Source: Chrysomallon squamiferum (lineage: Eukaryota > Animalia > Mollusca). Taken from it: a DNA stretch of 64,000 bases. The DNA lies in contig CM022670.1 of NCBI GenBank assembly GCA_012295275.1, positions 2,232,001 through 2,296,000 on the forward strand, read 5' to 3'. Within the stretch, counting starts at the first letter, position 1. Each line of letters opens with the position of its first letter. The translations under genes and the position numbers were made by a program. Shown here in pieces: positions 39,201-55,500 of this stretch. The notes beneath the pieces were generated by a model that saw nothing but the letters and a program-made list of their open reading frames with translations, made no database searches and was not told the origin of the DNA.

Positions 39201-41136
39201 AATATGAAAACAAGGATATGAGGAAGCTTTTCTTCTTTTCTTTTTTGTTTATTTATTTACTTACTTTCTGATAAATTTTTAAGTTGTTACAATACAACAT
39301 AATAAATAATTGTAAATAAATAAATAAAAAGTCGAACAAGAAATTATATATTACTGGAACATTTTTAAAACTTGACTGAGAAAGATACTCTTTTATCTGT
39401 TAAAAATATGTTAGAAATGTTTACATGTCTGTATATAGTGAAGACAAGTAAGTAAAACATTTGTCTATGGTTCTGTCTGGAAACAGACTAAGAAAGAGCA
39501 AGACAGAGAGAAAGATGGAAGACATTAAAAGCAATACAGACTACAGCATTAATCTGTCATAGTGCATTATCTGATTTCATTCAGTTCTCCAAGACTTGTC
39601 TATCAAAGGTCACAGTGGAAATGTATTTACTTGAAAAAAGTCCCTTGTTGATGTCTGACCAGAGAACAATGTCTCCTTTTTCTGTTGTGTGCCTCCTGAT
39701 AAGCTGAACAATAAGTACAAGTTTACTATCACTGAAACTAAAAGTAATGAAATAAAAGTTATTTTTAGACATTCCTTTCCCATCATTTGCACATGCATGT
39801 GCATATATATAAGCACAACATTACTAACACTAACGATAATGATTGAAAATTAAGAACAAAAAGTAAATATTCCTTTTTTGGCAATGTGTGTTCATGTGCA
39901 CGGCATTCAGAAAACAGTATCATTAGACAAATTACAGATCAACCATCAATATACACATGTATCACTTAGCTCTGCATAACAAAGGAAAGGAAGGAATCAT
40001 TAATGTTCAGCAGCTAAGAGGCGACTAACAGCATAATCCTTTCAAGAAATCTGTATCCAAGCTAAGTAGCTTGAATTAACACGTCTATTGATCTTCTGCT
40101 GATAGATCAAGAGAAAAGACTACCAGGATGTCCTTTACTTACACCCAACTAATAGATGTGATAGAAATATACTTCCTTAATGACAGCTCTAATAATCTAC
40201 CATTACAGAATTACTACCACAGCTTTGCAACTGCGTGGCAATATGCAGCTACTGTCACAACACTCAGAAGCAGTCATTATATGTTTTGTTTCTTTGTACA
40301 GGCTTTTCTTTCTTTTGTTCTTTTTTTTTTTTTTTTTTTTTTGCTTCTCCTGATTTTCAGTATTATAAATTGAAATAATTTCATTTTACAAGCTAATAAG
40401 ATCTGGATTTTGAGGGACACTGGTATGTTTGTGATTTTTGCTAACAAAAATAAATAATACATATTCAAAAAAATACATTTTTAAAGAAATTACTACACTC
40501 AAAACATTTAAAAATAAAACATACATTATTTGTCTTTCCTTTCTAAGGTAACTGCACAGATGCTAGCACATTATCTCATACAAAGACTACAAATATTACA
40601 CTTATTTTCTTCATCACAACATACAAAATCTCCCTCTCATCCTTTCCTTGTCCCTCATGCACACACATGTTCAGATGCAAACACAGACACACATCTGTGT
40701 ACACAAACACAAACTTTACTATGCACTTTTTACATTTTCATTAAAATATAAACTAGAAGTACCACAGCAAAATAGAATTAAAAACATGCTAAACTCATCA
40801 GCCACCAAATTAGCAAAGATCTCGACATTTTCTTTTAGTTATGAGTTATTGAAAAAATAAACAGTTTTAATTAGCTATTGGCTACTGTATAGCCATGAAT
40901 TGTGGCAATGTCAATGACTTAAAAATTAAGTTGCCCTGGTTATCTAATATTTCTGGCTTCACTTAAGGCAACACTCAAAAGCTATGATATAACCCACCAC
41001 CTGCCACACTCCAACAACAATTAACACTGAAGTTAATTTCAGTTACATAATAACACAGACAGGTTGCATGACTCACTCTAACAAAGACTACCTAATGCTA
41101 ATCAAACTGTATTATAAAGTCAGAAGAGAGTGAGTG

Positions 41137-41307
41137 AAACAAAATGTATTACTGATATTTAAATTTAATCTGCAGTAGTATTAATTAGATTGAATTCCAT
41201 CTAGTGTTAACCAAAATGAGCAAATATGCATTAATGGGAAGAAACAAAAATGTATTAATGTTTTATTTAAGTTTAAGCTGTAGCAGTATTAATCAGATTG
41301 AATTCCA
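41137..41307. repeat. Degenerate two-copy ~63-bp direct repeat
   Basis: aaacaaaatgtatta...gtattaat.agattgaattcca at ~41137 and ~41242. Confidence 0.75.
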
Positions 41308-44300
41308 CACGTAGCTTACTAAATGCAGTCAGGACAAAGATTTAATGTTGGCATGAAATTAAAGCAGTGATCTGAATCCTATCATATTCTTGGAGAATTC
41401 AAAATGTGAAATGGTCGCATGTATATGTTTGAATTAAATCACTCATGTATTAGTGTCAATATCTAGATGTATTCTATATTTGTACAAATACACAAATGAT
41501 GCTGTGAATTATGTACTTTATTTAACTGACCAAGATGGCTTCTAAGTTGTTGACAGAATATATTAAATGTGAGGAAATTTAATTATACTTGATAACTGAA
41601 CATTGTTTGTATTACTTTATATAACCTGTGTACATGTAAATGTATTACGGTATGTTTGCAAAAGTGTGTGTGTGTGTGCATTTTTGTGAGTGTCCACTCA
41701 TGTACATAATGTATTCATGTCGGTTTAAAGCTGATGTTTATTTTTATTTATTTAAAGATTTTTTACCTTGTTTACGTAAATCCAGATATGGTAGGTTATG
41801 AATGATTTTGTCTTGGATTCATTAACAGAAAAGCAATCCAATTTATATCTTCAAACCAGCTTTATGAACTAATAATGCCCAAAAAAATCATTCCTCTATA
41901 TACATCATTAAAAAATTCCACAAGATATGAAAAAAAAAAAATTATGTAATTAATTGTGTACAAAAAATCTTTGAAAATATATCATTATTGTAGATTTCAC
42001 TAATTAATCTATTAATACTGTTAACATTCTAAAAATATGTTTGTTATGTTTTTACACACTATTAACAGATACACATTTCTGATTTCCTCATGCCAAAAAA
42101 ACAAAACAAAAAACCCCACTCAAAATCAACAATACCAAAACAATAAACATAATAATTTCCCTACATTTGTTGGAAAGGGAAAAAAATCCAAATAAATACC
42201 TTTTACTCTGATGTCTTAGTAATCCTTAACCTTTTTGAGGATTATTCTCTAATCTCTCCTGGATGCTAGATATCAACAGAGGTCGTTTTTAGTTTTAGTT
42301 TTCTCTTTTATTCAATACCAAACCACAATGAATGTCAACGAGACACAAACAAGATACATCTTGTTATCTGGTGAATTGGCTTTGTGCTTTCAAAACATCA
42401 AAAGTTGAATATTTTATGTCTGACACTGAAAGTAATAATTCTAGATGTATCAAATGATACTGATCACAAAAAAAATATTTTAAAAATATGTGAACTCATC
42501 TAAGTTACTTTACATTATTTAAAAGTAATTTTAAATTTATTTCTAGAATTACTTTATTTCTCTTATTCTAAAATAATTCAAGGTAGGGTGCACACATTGT
42601 CATGCTGCCATTAGTAAGTTACTAAAACAACTGTATTTGTTTTCTAGAACATTTTTGACAAGAAAGCTTAAGGGATATACATATCCTCAACAACAATACC
42701 AGCAAAACAAATAACAAAAAAGAAAAGAAAAGAAAGAAAGTAAAAAAAAGAAACTAAAAAAAACGATGCAAAATGTAATCTATAATTTTTGAAATGTAAG
42801 GTTAGAAGTCATTCTTTTATGCTTTGATGATGCCTTGTCATAATTTGTTTCGTTAGATGTCTCAAGGAAACAAATTACTTCATATTATTTATTTGGACTC
42901 TCTGAAATTACTCACAAGCTTCTTTCAAAGGTGAAAGTTCTGGACCTGACATATCAGCATACTTTGCCTGACAGTGCTACAAACCAAAATTCTGCTGATC
43001 TGTCAACCAATATTGAAAGTTATTCATTGAAGTGTGAATAAGACTAATTTGCCAGACTGCTGCTAGTGGAACAAACTGATTGAAAAGCACACAGGAATGG
43101 AAGATAGCTCTTCTCCACTGGATGCCAGTTTCCAAGACTTTAACCTCTTATTTTGTAAATAAGGTGAATGTCTAATAAGATATAGTGTAGTTCTCTACAA
43201 CTGTTTGGCATCTAACAGAATGAATGTGTCATTTGAATTATTCTGCTGTTAAAGCCATAATTATGTGGATTAGATCATCTTCTACATTTGTTAAAAAACC
43301 TAACTCATGTTCAGATTTATAGTTGGTTTGAAGAGATAAATAATTTGAAGATTTAAAAAAAAAAAGTATACATACACACAATACATTCACATATCCATAT
43401 ATTGTATCTATCATTAATTTACTAAGACATGCACACATACATATATAGTCATGTATTAACACATGTATCTGTAATAATTTTATTCATTTATATACACACC
43501 ACATACAAAACACATAATCATGAATCCCTACGCATATTTATAACACCTTCATTCATTCATTCATTTGCCCACACATATACATTTCTCTATAACATACATG
43601 TAATACTATAACAATAATTTTCAAAAATAAAATGTTGCTTTTAGTTTTCTCCTTTTCTCATCATCAGTCTTGATCAATTATGGTTTTTATCCCAGCTGTG
43701 TCGAGCAATAACTATATCACATTATGAGTTACAGTTTTCTCTGGACAGTTACACTGTGAAACTGTTTCAGCCAAGCAGAGTGTCATTCATTCATTAACTT
43801 TATAATGAAAATTCTCAACAGCTGCACAACACTTTATTGCTTCTGTCATCCTTCTTCCAAGGAGACGGAGACAGCACTGGCTTCCTTATCCCTAAGAGTA
43901 AAGGGATTACAGGAAGGCATGGTGTTCAATTTTCTGAACGAATTTGCTGAGTTTACCAAACTATGGCAGTTATCAAGCTTAATGTAAAAACTGTCATTAC
44001 TTGAGTCACACTTTCGAGGAGAACAAAAAACCCACTGATGTATCTAGGCAACTGGTGATATTTAGTAATAATGTCTAAGATTATAAAATAAAGTCTTGTA
44101 AGTATCTATAAAGCTCACCCAAAGGTTGTTCTATGTGGATAAATCATAAATGCTGTCTGGTTTAAAATAACACTGTGTGCCAAGGAGAAACATCAAAATG
44201 GTAAAGCTGATTAATTTTTGTTTGATTTATTTATTTGTTTATTTATTTATTTATTTACTTATTTACTTATTTACTTATTTATTTATTCATTCATTCATTC

Positions 44301-44318
44301 ATTCATTCATTCATTCAT

Positions 44319-44353
<35 letters not shown>

Positions 44354-44697
44354 TTGTTATTTCTATGAAAAGTCAATATTTCATGACTTCATAATTTTCT
44401 AATTTAAAAAAAGAACAAAAATAACTTGATGGTCTAAAATAACCTACCACAACTTACTATTAAATCTAAAGCTTTACTGTTAGAAATTATCCAGATATAG
44501 CACAATGTAGATCTCAAACACATCTCAGCAATTAACATAGGATAAATCCTTGTCAGTGTGTTATTTCCTGTTCCAATATGAAGCCAGTTCCTTTTTGCAA
44601 TCAGTCAGATATTTCTATACAAAGTCAGCTGCTGCCAGTTCACAGAAATAGTTGATCAAGTGTTGACTTCAATTATTCTTTAATAATGAATTCATGT

Positions 44698-44753
44698 TAA
44701 TTAACTAATGAATAAAGTAAGCTAATTAACTAATGAATAAAGTAAGCTAATTA
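44698..44753. repeat. Perfect 25-bp tandem duplication
   Basis: TAATTAACTAATGAATAAAGTAAGC twice, plus a partial third copy. Confidence 0.9.
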
Positions 44754-47700
44754 CTATTAGGAAAAACAATTATGGTAACAACATCAACAATAACAAAAAT
44801 AATAAATTCATAAAGAAAAAAACAATAAATTGCAATGTAAATAAATTAGGTCCTTTTTACATTTACTTTTGGCAAAATTTATTGATGTAAGTCTTAGGTC
44901 ATTTTATTTTTTCAACTCCTAATGGCATATGGAATAACCTAGCTGAAAATTTTAATTCTATTTGGTTTTTTTTAATAAATTAATTTTTATTAATAAATTA
45001 ATTTTATTTAATTTTTAATTTTTTAGTTTTAATTTATTATATACTTGTTTATTTATTTATTTATTTTTATCATCATCATCTTCATCATTATTAATATCCA
45101 TGATTAGACCTCTGCTTTTAAAATATTTTTAAAATTTTATTATTTTTTAAAATAGACTCCATTTTCTATTACACTACTTTAAGAAGGAAAATTATTAACT
45201 GACTGATATTTGACTGATAAAATAATACCATTAAAATGAAATAATTATATTTTTTGTATAATTCACACAGAAAACTAATCCTCACCATTACAGTATTAGG
45301 TTACCTTGAAGAAGAAGGATCGTATTAAATGACATTAAAATGCATGAAAATAATATGTTTTTATGTTGTTGATTTTTTTTTCCAGGCTACCAGAAATAAA
45401 TGCATTAGAAACAAAGCTAAAATGGATATTAGATATGATCCCAGAGAAACATTAACTATGACTGTTGGTCTTTGAAGATATACATTTATTGTTATTATTG
45501 TTGATGTTTTGTAATATCAGTATACAGCACCGTGATTAGTTAGTCACTGACTGCTGAACGTCCAGTATTTGTCATTTCCAAGATAAAATTTTTAAAGGGA
45601 ATCAAGAACACCTTCTTATTAGCAGTAAATGATCATTTAAATAAGAATTTTTTAAAAATAACAAAGCAATAAACATCATGGGAAACTGGTTTGGGGAAAA
45701 GAAATTGATGTACTGGTCATGTCTCATGCGAACTCTCTAGATATGCTTAATTCATGGTTCTTTACCACTTTAAATCTTAAACATTTCCAGAATAGTTTCA
45801 GGATAATGCACAATAATTTTTTATTTTTTATTTTTTATTTTTTTTTCTGTGATAAAATATCAATACATCCATTTTTGGTAATGTATTTCTTCAAATCCTT
45901 CATTTTATCATTCTTTTTTTTTTTTTTTTTTTTTTTTAAGATTGTTAATGTAAAATTCCAATTATATCTGTTTGATTAAACCACTGATGACTATGATTTA
46001 AAACATGAATGACATGCAGCCACTGCTGATAATCCAAGCAGTGATAGGATCCTTCTTTTCACCAAGATGATCGTCTCTGACAAAGCAAGCATCTGACTAT
46101 TTTTCAAAAAACACTAACAATGGAACAGACATGCTGGTTTAGAAATGTAATTCCCTACGGCTTCCTTATACATGCAAAATTTTTATCTCTAATATAATAT
46201 GGATAAAACACATAAGCTGAATGTAATAAGCTTCCTATGTTCATATTTCTCAAACTTTTTGTATAACACAAAGAAGAGAGAAAAAATAATGTACAAGAAA
46301 ACGAAACAAAATATTTGATAATCAATAAATATCATTAGTTTCATGGGGGGGATAAAAGAATATATTTATAAGCAAGTTAAACAGGATGTAAAGATTAACC
46401 TTTTTCTCTTCTTTTAAAGGAAATGTTTGGTTTTTTAACCTTTATATTGCAATAAAAAAAATAAAAAAATAAAAAAACAAACAAACCTAGAACAAAAGAA
46501 GAAAAAGTAATTGTAAAAATAGTAGATAATGAAAAGATTTATTTTTTGTTTTTAAAATTTTGAAACAAAATTAAAAATATTAAAAAAGCTTTTCAGGAAT
46601 TCATAAATCAATAAACATGCAACAGTTATTTTTGGCTTTGCATTTAGAATAACTGAAAACAAATAAGAAATTAAAAATAGAAAAGATAAAATGTGTAAAA
46701 AACACAAATAAAATACTATATTTTTAAAAATATGTTTAAACCAAAAAATAACACCAAATTCACAGGCATGTATCATGGCAACCATTTTATTATTTTTATA
46801 TTTAACAGTATTATCAGACTACACTCTTCAACTGGATACAGACTGATACTTGATACAATGGACAACAATCAAGACTGTATTGGAAGAAATGCACATGCAG
46901 AAGTACCAGCTGACAGAATGCAACTGATAAAATGTCTATCAAGCAGAGCTGTATTATACTGGTTACAGAACTCATCTAACAAGGTTCTTATTAAATATCT
47001 ACAAAACCTTCAACAGACAATATCTTTAACACTGTAAATAAATGGCTGAAAGTGTCTGGACAGTTTCTGAACAAACTATTACAAATAACTGAATATGTAA
47101 TTTGTTAATAACTGTCATTTGTGTAAGCTGTTTAGTAATTTCTAGACAGAACTAAATTTCTGAAGCACTACTTTTGTGCATTATAGATGATTTAGTTTTT
47201 GTATAAATGGCAAATCCCCCCACCAAAAAACTAAAAATACATTTTCAAAATAACTGTTGTTCTTAATATCTTGTGAGACTTAATATTAAAAAGTGAAATT
47301 ACAAATTTAGTTTTCTTTAATGAACTAAACTTCAGAGTAATTGAGTTCTTCCATTCTGTACATGTATGTAACCACCCACACATACACTGAGTCTGAATCA
47401 GCTATGCTGGTATCTATTTTTTGTCACATAATAAAATATAACCAGAAGATAATGAACAATCTTTATAGGAAATATTAAGGTATAAAAGTGAGACAAACTC
47501 TACATCTACTAAAAAATAAAAAAAATAAAAAATAAAAATTCAATTCAATTAATAATAGATAAAGGAAGAGAGACAGAAGAGAGAGATTTGGAACATGAGA
47601 AAATGAGACAGAAGAGAAGCAGATACTGAGTGAAATGGAAGTGAGAGAGCTGGAGACTGGGAATGAGAGTGTCACATAGAACATCTACTTTTGTTGTCTC

Positions 47701-50106
47701 CTCTGGCTTATTCTTGTGTGAAAGCCTGAAATTAATGGTCAAACTCTTTAACAGAAGACCCATGCACCTTTGACTCTTGCTGCCTTCTCTGAATTATGCT
47801 TGTAACATAAACTGAACTTTAAGGCCATACTGTTGGGAAATGAGCTTTTAAAAAGATTTTAACAGTATCATGTTGTTACTGTATGTCAAGTTTCAGATAA
47901 CAAGCACTGAGTAGAGAAACAAAGTTTAAAGAATAGTAAGGTCAATTAAAAATGAATCTAATTCAATAAAGCTGATTTTTCTTTCTTTCTTTATTTATTT
48001 ATTTATTTATTGGGTGGGTTGTTTTTGTTAATTTTTCATTTATCTGTGGGTTTTTTTTCTTTCCAAATTCAGTGATTTGTGATTTTGACATTTTAATTGA
48101 AAATTGAAGGAAATTACTGTTTGCTTCTTGCAGATAAAAGAATATAATTGTGTTTGCCCATTTCACCTCAGACTGCTGCATTAGTTTCACAAGTGCTGAT
48201 CTAGGTTTATAAAAAAAATATAAATAAATGTCAAAAATTTCTTTCAACAGCTGTAATTTCCTCTTAGTAAAGATGTAGAAAGATTATATATAACAAAAAT
48301 AAAAATTAAAAATAATAATGATTAAATAAATTTTCAAATTACTGTATATAATACTAATAAATAAATAAATAAATAAATAATTCTACAAATAACAAAAAAG
48401 AAAAAAGAAAAAAGTCCTTTGATTGTAATTAGGTAATAATGTTAATGAGGCATATACAACTGATAAATGCCTAGTTATTGGTTACTACAAATAAAAATAA
48501 TTGTGAATAAAAGACAAAAATGTATGACACATAACCATAATCTTTTAGGATTTTCTTTGTTTCTGAACAATAAATTATTTTTTTAAAAGTAAATAAAAAT
48601 ATGGTTTATTATCTTTTATTTGGAAAATGAAAATGAGTGATTAGTGATCCACACCCATCTACTCACTCACAGACACATGCACAGACACACGCACATGCAC
48701 ACACACACACACAAAAAATTGTTAAGAATCAACACTGTACTGTCAGTGTTATGTAGGTATTCTCCTACTTTCTTACTTTTTAGTTAAATTAAAATCCTTT
48801 AAAAATATTTGAAAAATTAAACAGTAGTGAACTTAGGCATAATAAAACCTTTCAAAAAGGCCTCAGAAACACTAATCACTTTGCAGCATCTAATAGATCT
48901 TAAATCCTTTTTCTTAATGTGGTCAAGTCAATCATGTAAAGTTAAGATATGCTAGCTATGGTCACAGAACGTTAAACCAATGAGTCAGCTAATTTTAGAA
49001 GGTCAAGTAAAGTCAGGTTGGGTCAGGTCAAATAAGATCAAGATGTGTTAGGTTATTGTTCTTGAAGGTTAAACCAGTTAATCAAGACATTTTACAGAAC
49101 ATGCAAGGTCAGGATAGCACAGATCAGGATTCTAGAAGATTAAATCAACTGATCCAGTCATTTTAGAAGGGTTTCAAGTCAAGACAAATTGTTAGGATAA
49201 ATAATAAATGAAGTCATTGTAGAAAATGATGAAGTTCAGATGAAACTTCATAATAAGCTGAATCAGGATTACTCAAGTTTAACAAATTAAAATGTTAAAA
49301 ATTATTAATATATAAATTAATAACCTACTCTATTTGATGCTTTTCTATCATTGCATATTATTGTTAGGTAGTGCTAAAAAAAAACACTCAGTCATAAATA
49401 ATGTCTGTAAATACACACACAAACACCCCATGTTATCTATTTTCATGATATCACCTGCATATTTTATGATTCTATGCTGGTGAGGTAAGCTAACATTATT
49501 ATTCATGTTTCTTTTGGCAAACAGAAAAATTACTGCCTTTCCTTGACTTAACACTTGCTCATCTTTATTAAAGCTTATGTTATAGAAATTCAAACTGAAT
49601 AGCACTTGTCATTTTTGTTTAAGGCAGAAGTTATTTCTTAATGATTTACCATCCACATGTCTCTATTATTCATCTTCTAATTTGTTTTCTCTGTCTTACT
49701 CAGTAACTATGGCAATCTAAAATTCAAGTAAGCTAATACAAATTTAATCAATAATAATATTTTAAATAATATTAATAATCAAATCAAATCAAAACAAAAC
49801 AAAATGGATATACTTGTATATTTAACCATGTAGCAGTATTATAATGCTGTTATACATAACACAATAAAAAATATTACATTACCCACTATATTATACTAAT
49901 GGTAAAAAACTATTCTTTCTCCATTAAAAAAACAATGATAAATTAAATAAACAAAACAAAAACTGACTTCTGCTTCTGTCAGTCAGAAGACAGTTTATAT
50001 GCTTCAGAACCATCAGTTTGGGTTACATGTTCAATTAGTTCCTACAGATGAATTTCTAATTAAATCACGTGAGAAACTGTGCATTGTGCTGACTGCAGAG
50101 CTATAT

Positions 50107-50165
50107 GTGACCCAGTGGTTAGGAAATTGGCTTTAAAACTGATAGGTTCTGGGTTCACATCTCCT
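50107..50165 (+). mobile_element. Decayed tRNA-derived (SINE head-like) sequence
   Basis: A-box-like GTGACCCAGTGGTTAG at 50107 and B-box-like GGGTTCACATCTC at 50151, with tRNA-like spacing. No intact acceptor stem, so not a functional tRNA. Confidence 0.5.
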
Positions 50166-52529
50166 ATCCACAAATAATTAGAAGATTTAGGTTCACATCC
50201 TCTGCTGTCTCTCACTAATCCTCTAATACTAACAGTGTCTAGAACACTGACTGATAGGCCACCGATTATATCTTCTACTTCTTCTTCTTTTTCCTTTCTG
50301 TCTTGCATCGTTATCTGTTTTGCCAGGCATATCCCATCTTATATAATTATAAATTATCTTCTGACATTAACAGATTCATGGACTGAATACCCAAGAAATA
50401 TGTGTCTGAACCTTCAGTGTTGTAAGCAGTAGTAAAAGCTAACCGAGTATCAGTATTGACTACAATCCTATGTAATCCTATGTCTTGACACACACACACA
50501 CACACACATATTATTTTTTTTTTTTCATTTTGGTCCACAGTATAGTCTGTCTTAAAGCTAAATAAAGCTAATTACTGAAAAACAAGATTACACTATTAAC
50601 TGTTCCCTGTAACACACTAACCTAATAATGTGTGTTAAAACAGTACATTTTATAAAGAGATGTATTATGGCTGTTTGGACTACTGAATAAAAGGTTTTTA
50701 TAATGATTTTAAAATGTTAGTTTTTTTGTTGGAAAATTGATTTATCATAAAAATAAATAAATAATAATAATAATAAAGTTTCTATGTTAGTTATATTAAA
50801 AATGTAAGAAAAACTCTTTCTTATTTATTTTGGACTTGTTAGATTTTGCACAACTCCTGTGCAGAGGACTGATGCAAAATACTTAATTTCAGATATATAT
50901 GAACAAAGAGTATTTTTCTTTTAAAACAAATTAATGTTTCAGTATATGTCTCAATATACAGTTTTTATATAATTATTTATATAATTATATGAAAGGGAAC
51001 ACATGCTGCCAGCTTAATATAGACAGTTTATTGTTGTTGTTGTTATTATTTTTTTATTATTACTATTATATTTTTTATTATTATTATTATTATTATTTTC
51101 AATTAACTATTTATTATCTTCTTACATTCTTTTTTATATACAAATATATGTATATTTTTGTTTTTATATTTTATTTATTATATTTTTGGGGGGGAATTGG
51201 AACTTTAAAATATGTTATTCTTTTCAATGATTGATTGATTTTAATACATCTTCAATAAAATCTCAATGAAATGTCTTAATGTTAAACAAGCCTTAGATTC
51301 AGTGTTCTTATTGCATTAACTCCAACACACATAATTTGTCATTTTAAATGTTTGAAACTGCTAACACACAAAGAATATTAACAAATGGCTTACACAGTTG
51401 TATTCTGTATTAGTAAAAAACCCTCAACATACACACATACAGAATTATTATTATTATTGTTACTACTCCTGCTTACATTTTAGTTCATAATTTGGTTAAA
51501 CAAAATACAAGAAGAAAGCATTTCATTTTTATTTTTATTTTCTTGGAATGATACAAGTACACGACAATGACAAAATTTAAACGAAACAACATTAAATAAG
51601 AAATAAATAAAAATAACATAAATCTTTATGTAAATCAAAACTGACTTATTTCAAAGGGTGAAGAAACTGGGAAAGGTATGTTCATAACATACAACAGACA
51701 TATACAACACACACAACACACACACACACACACACAGACTCATGCACACAGATATTCCTTTAACACACCCAACCAAATAGAGTTTTACATAAAATGAAAC
51801 ATGATACTGATAAACTAGTTTCCATTACAACTTTACATTCCAATAAATTTCTTTTGTAATGAAAGAAAAATTACAACAGGTTTTACAGATTCCTTTTAGA
51901 AAATAACACAAACTTCATGGGATTCATAATTTTACAATATCTACAAGCAAGAACATGATAATATATATTACAATTTTTTTTAATATTTTTGAAGCAACTG
52001 TTTCATAAATACTGTAGAAAATTCAAAACAAATTAAACCCAAAACAGGACATTTTATAATATATTATATCTCAAACATTTAAATGATATTTATGATACAC
52101 TTAAAAATAAAATGACCATGATCTTGTCAGAAATTACATTCTAGATGATTACCTTTTGAAAAAACGATTAAAATGTTAACTGCTATATAAAAAAGACAAA
52201 AGACCTGTTTCAAGAATGTACCATGAAGCAATTATAAATGAATTTCAGATCAAGTTGGATTAACTTAAAAGATGACTGAAAACTGAGAACTCAGTAACAT
52301 ATGGTAATATCTTTCTTAATTTTAGTTTCCTTCTGGATGGCAGTCAATTCATTTTAATTTTCTTCATTTTTAAAAATCATGAAAACAGATGCATACACTT
52401 TCAATATTTACACTTGCATACACACACACACACACAAACACACATTTTGTAATATTGATTTGCAAAGAGAGGTCAAACCTACTACCACAATACCATGAGA
52501 TATTCTTATCATTTAGCAGCAAAAGATAT

Positions 52530-52569
<40 letters not shown>

Positions 52570-55500
52570 ACACTTCCCCATACAGACTCATGCACCAGGG
52601 CCTTTAGTAAACCAGAGTGTAACACTGCCTGGAACTAGCAACAGTTTAATGAATGCACTGATGTGGATTTATGCAGAAAACGGATCACATAGGTTTTAAC
52701 CACTGAGATTCAGTCACCTCTTTTATATTCTAAAGTAAACAAAAATCAATTAGGAACAGTTCAGAAAGATAAAATCAAACTGAATTTATCTATTAAAAAA
52801 TTCACCAATGTGTGAAGTTAATAATAAATGATTGAATGCCGTTTTTTTCATCACCTGTTACAAGTCTATCTTCTTTTTCAAAGGCTAATTTGATTACATT
52901 AAGGGGCATCCAACATTTACAGTCCACGAAGGAAATAACTGTCAATCTTGATCACATTTATTGCGTGCCATGCCCAATCATTTGTTTTGAAAAAAATAAC
53001 TTGAAGAAATACAACTGCCAAATCATTAGCAGTTCAAATTAAATTTTTTTCTTCCTATTTACCAGCTTTCACTCTAATATTCTGAGGTGATGGTTTTCTT
53101 TTTTTTTCATTTTCATTTTCTTTTCTTTAAAAAAAAAAAAAAAAAAAAAAAAGATACCAGGAAGTTAAATTCTGCTTCCGGTAATCTTTTATTAACTGAA
53201 CCTCTAATTACTTTATCCCATTGAGTTTAATCTTTATGAAAAAATAATTTAATATTAATTTTTTTGCTTCATTAGACTTTCTAACTTTTCTTCTTCTTCA
53301 TTTTTTGATAAATATTGTCATCTTTTTTTTTAAGTATTAATTTTTTGCTTCATTAGACACCACTGACTTTGTAACTTTTTGCTTCATCTTACATAATTAT
53401 TATCATGTTTTTCATTTTAGAAGTTTTTTACAAGTAAAGTAAAAAAACAAAGATTGGTGTTTACTGAATTAACATTTTTCTCAACAAATTCAATGCCAAC
53501 TGACAATCTGCAGAGAAAGTAGTGTTACTAATTTTTAAAACCTTTCCTGATGTGTTATTCTGGTTTGTCAAGTCAGTGGAATGTTTGGAAAAAAAAGTTT
53601 AAAAGTATTTCTATTATACATCATTTTACATCAATATTATGATATTACCAAACTGTTTCTTCAAGGAGTTTAATGTAGCTCATATGTAGAAACTACACTC
53701 CAGGTAATGTCAGTTACTGAACTGATCCTCCTATTAGATCTTTTGAGATCTTTATCATTCCAAGCAGTGCTCTGCAAATGGTTTAACAAAAGATCATGGT
53801 ATGTAGTATCTTGTCTGGGAGATGACTGCATGTAAAAGATCCCAAGGTGCTAACTGGAAAGAGTACCACTGCAGAATTGGGAAATGAAATATTCCAATAT
53901 GCACTGAGTAACAGTACAAGTGTTAACAAGTGTAAGAAAATACAATAAAGAACATGGACATGATAAATCTCAGCATGTGAAAAACCAAAATCACAAAATT
54001 ATGTCTTCAATCAGTGTGAATATCTGTTTAACTGATCAAAACCCATCAGCAGTGTGTAATTAGTGACAGCTGACGTTAGAGTGGCAGCATATTGACTGAA
54101 AACCCAGCATCCTCCAGCACAAGTATTGTGACACAGTAAATAAAATGCAGATCACCATGCAACATGTTTTACCAGTGAATTAACACCAACAGTTTGTTAT
54201 TCACAAGGTCATAAATGTTAGCAGAGTCAATATTCATACAGCTCAAACAAAACATCTGCTGTCAATCAGATAAAGAGAATTAGACAGAACATTATTATGT
54301 ATTGATGATAGTATCGTTTCATATAACCAGGCTTATTCAAATAATAAAAATTTTACTGGCTGAAAAATGTCAGTATCAGCATGTTGCACACTGTTATGGG
54401 ATTAAATTCCACAGGGTGGAAGCTATAGTATATGTTGTAAGTCAAACAGATATGTTATAACTGATCTGAACCACTGTTAGCCAAGCTATGAGCCTCAGTT
54501 ATAGTGTCACACGAGGAGGTGGACTGTCAGATCTGTACAGAAAGACTATTATTTTGTTTAAGCCCTTATTATAGAATATTCCATACTCTACTGGGATTTT
54601 GTCACTACAAGAAAATGTTGAGACAAAAATAAGAATACTAATAATAAATGGACACGCTGAGATGGCACAGTAAGAAACTCAAACATTAAAATGTTTATAT
54701 CAGACTGTAATGGAGATTACTTCTGTTTAAGCCTGTATTAGTTTTACTTAATAACCATTGATGAAACAATTACTACAGTATTATTTGCTCAAAAGTTTAC
54801 AATGAAGAACTACACATTTTTAATGCCCATTGAAAAATCTATAAAATGAATATAAATAATTCAGTATATTCTGTGTATAAATGTGAAAAAAATAAGTTAA
54901 TGTATATAATAATTCAAAGAGTAACTCACATACTTTATATTAGTCAACTTTGAAATAATGTGACCTGTAACAAAAATCTGAACACAAGTTTTCTGTAAAT
55001 TAAGTAATTTTTTGTCTTCTATCATTCTTTCAATCATCATGTCAGAATACTATTATTAATACAATTTCACTGTACAGGTTGTAAATAAATAAATAAAACT
55101 AATAACAATAATAATAAAAATAAAATTGTAATCTTAATACAGTTTCTTAGTTCATTTTACTGCTGTTGTTTTGGATCTGTTTTGCTTTTATTGTTATTTA
55201 TTTTTATTTATTTATTTACTATGTTTCCTGCTAAAGGAATTACAAGACGTAGAGGTACATTTACATTTTAATAGTTCTGAGAATATCCTGTCCCCCTTAC
55301 ATGAATATGAAAACAAAATGCAGAAACAATTTTTGTCTCTTCTGTTCATTACAATTGTAGGAAAATTGCTAATACCAAGAAGAAGATACTGAGCTTAAAC
55401 AAAATTGGAAATCTTTGCACAGTTAATGGCTATTGTTTTCAAACAACAAAATCAATATATTGTGAAAGTCTTTCTTTTGTGAAGGGATTCAGTTTTGACC

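Noticed and set aside
50107-50203. Functional tRNA gene
   Set aside because: The A- and B-box-like motifs are degenerate and no cloverleaf with an acceptor stem can be drawn; kept only as a SINE-like remnant.
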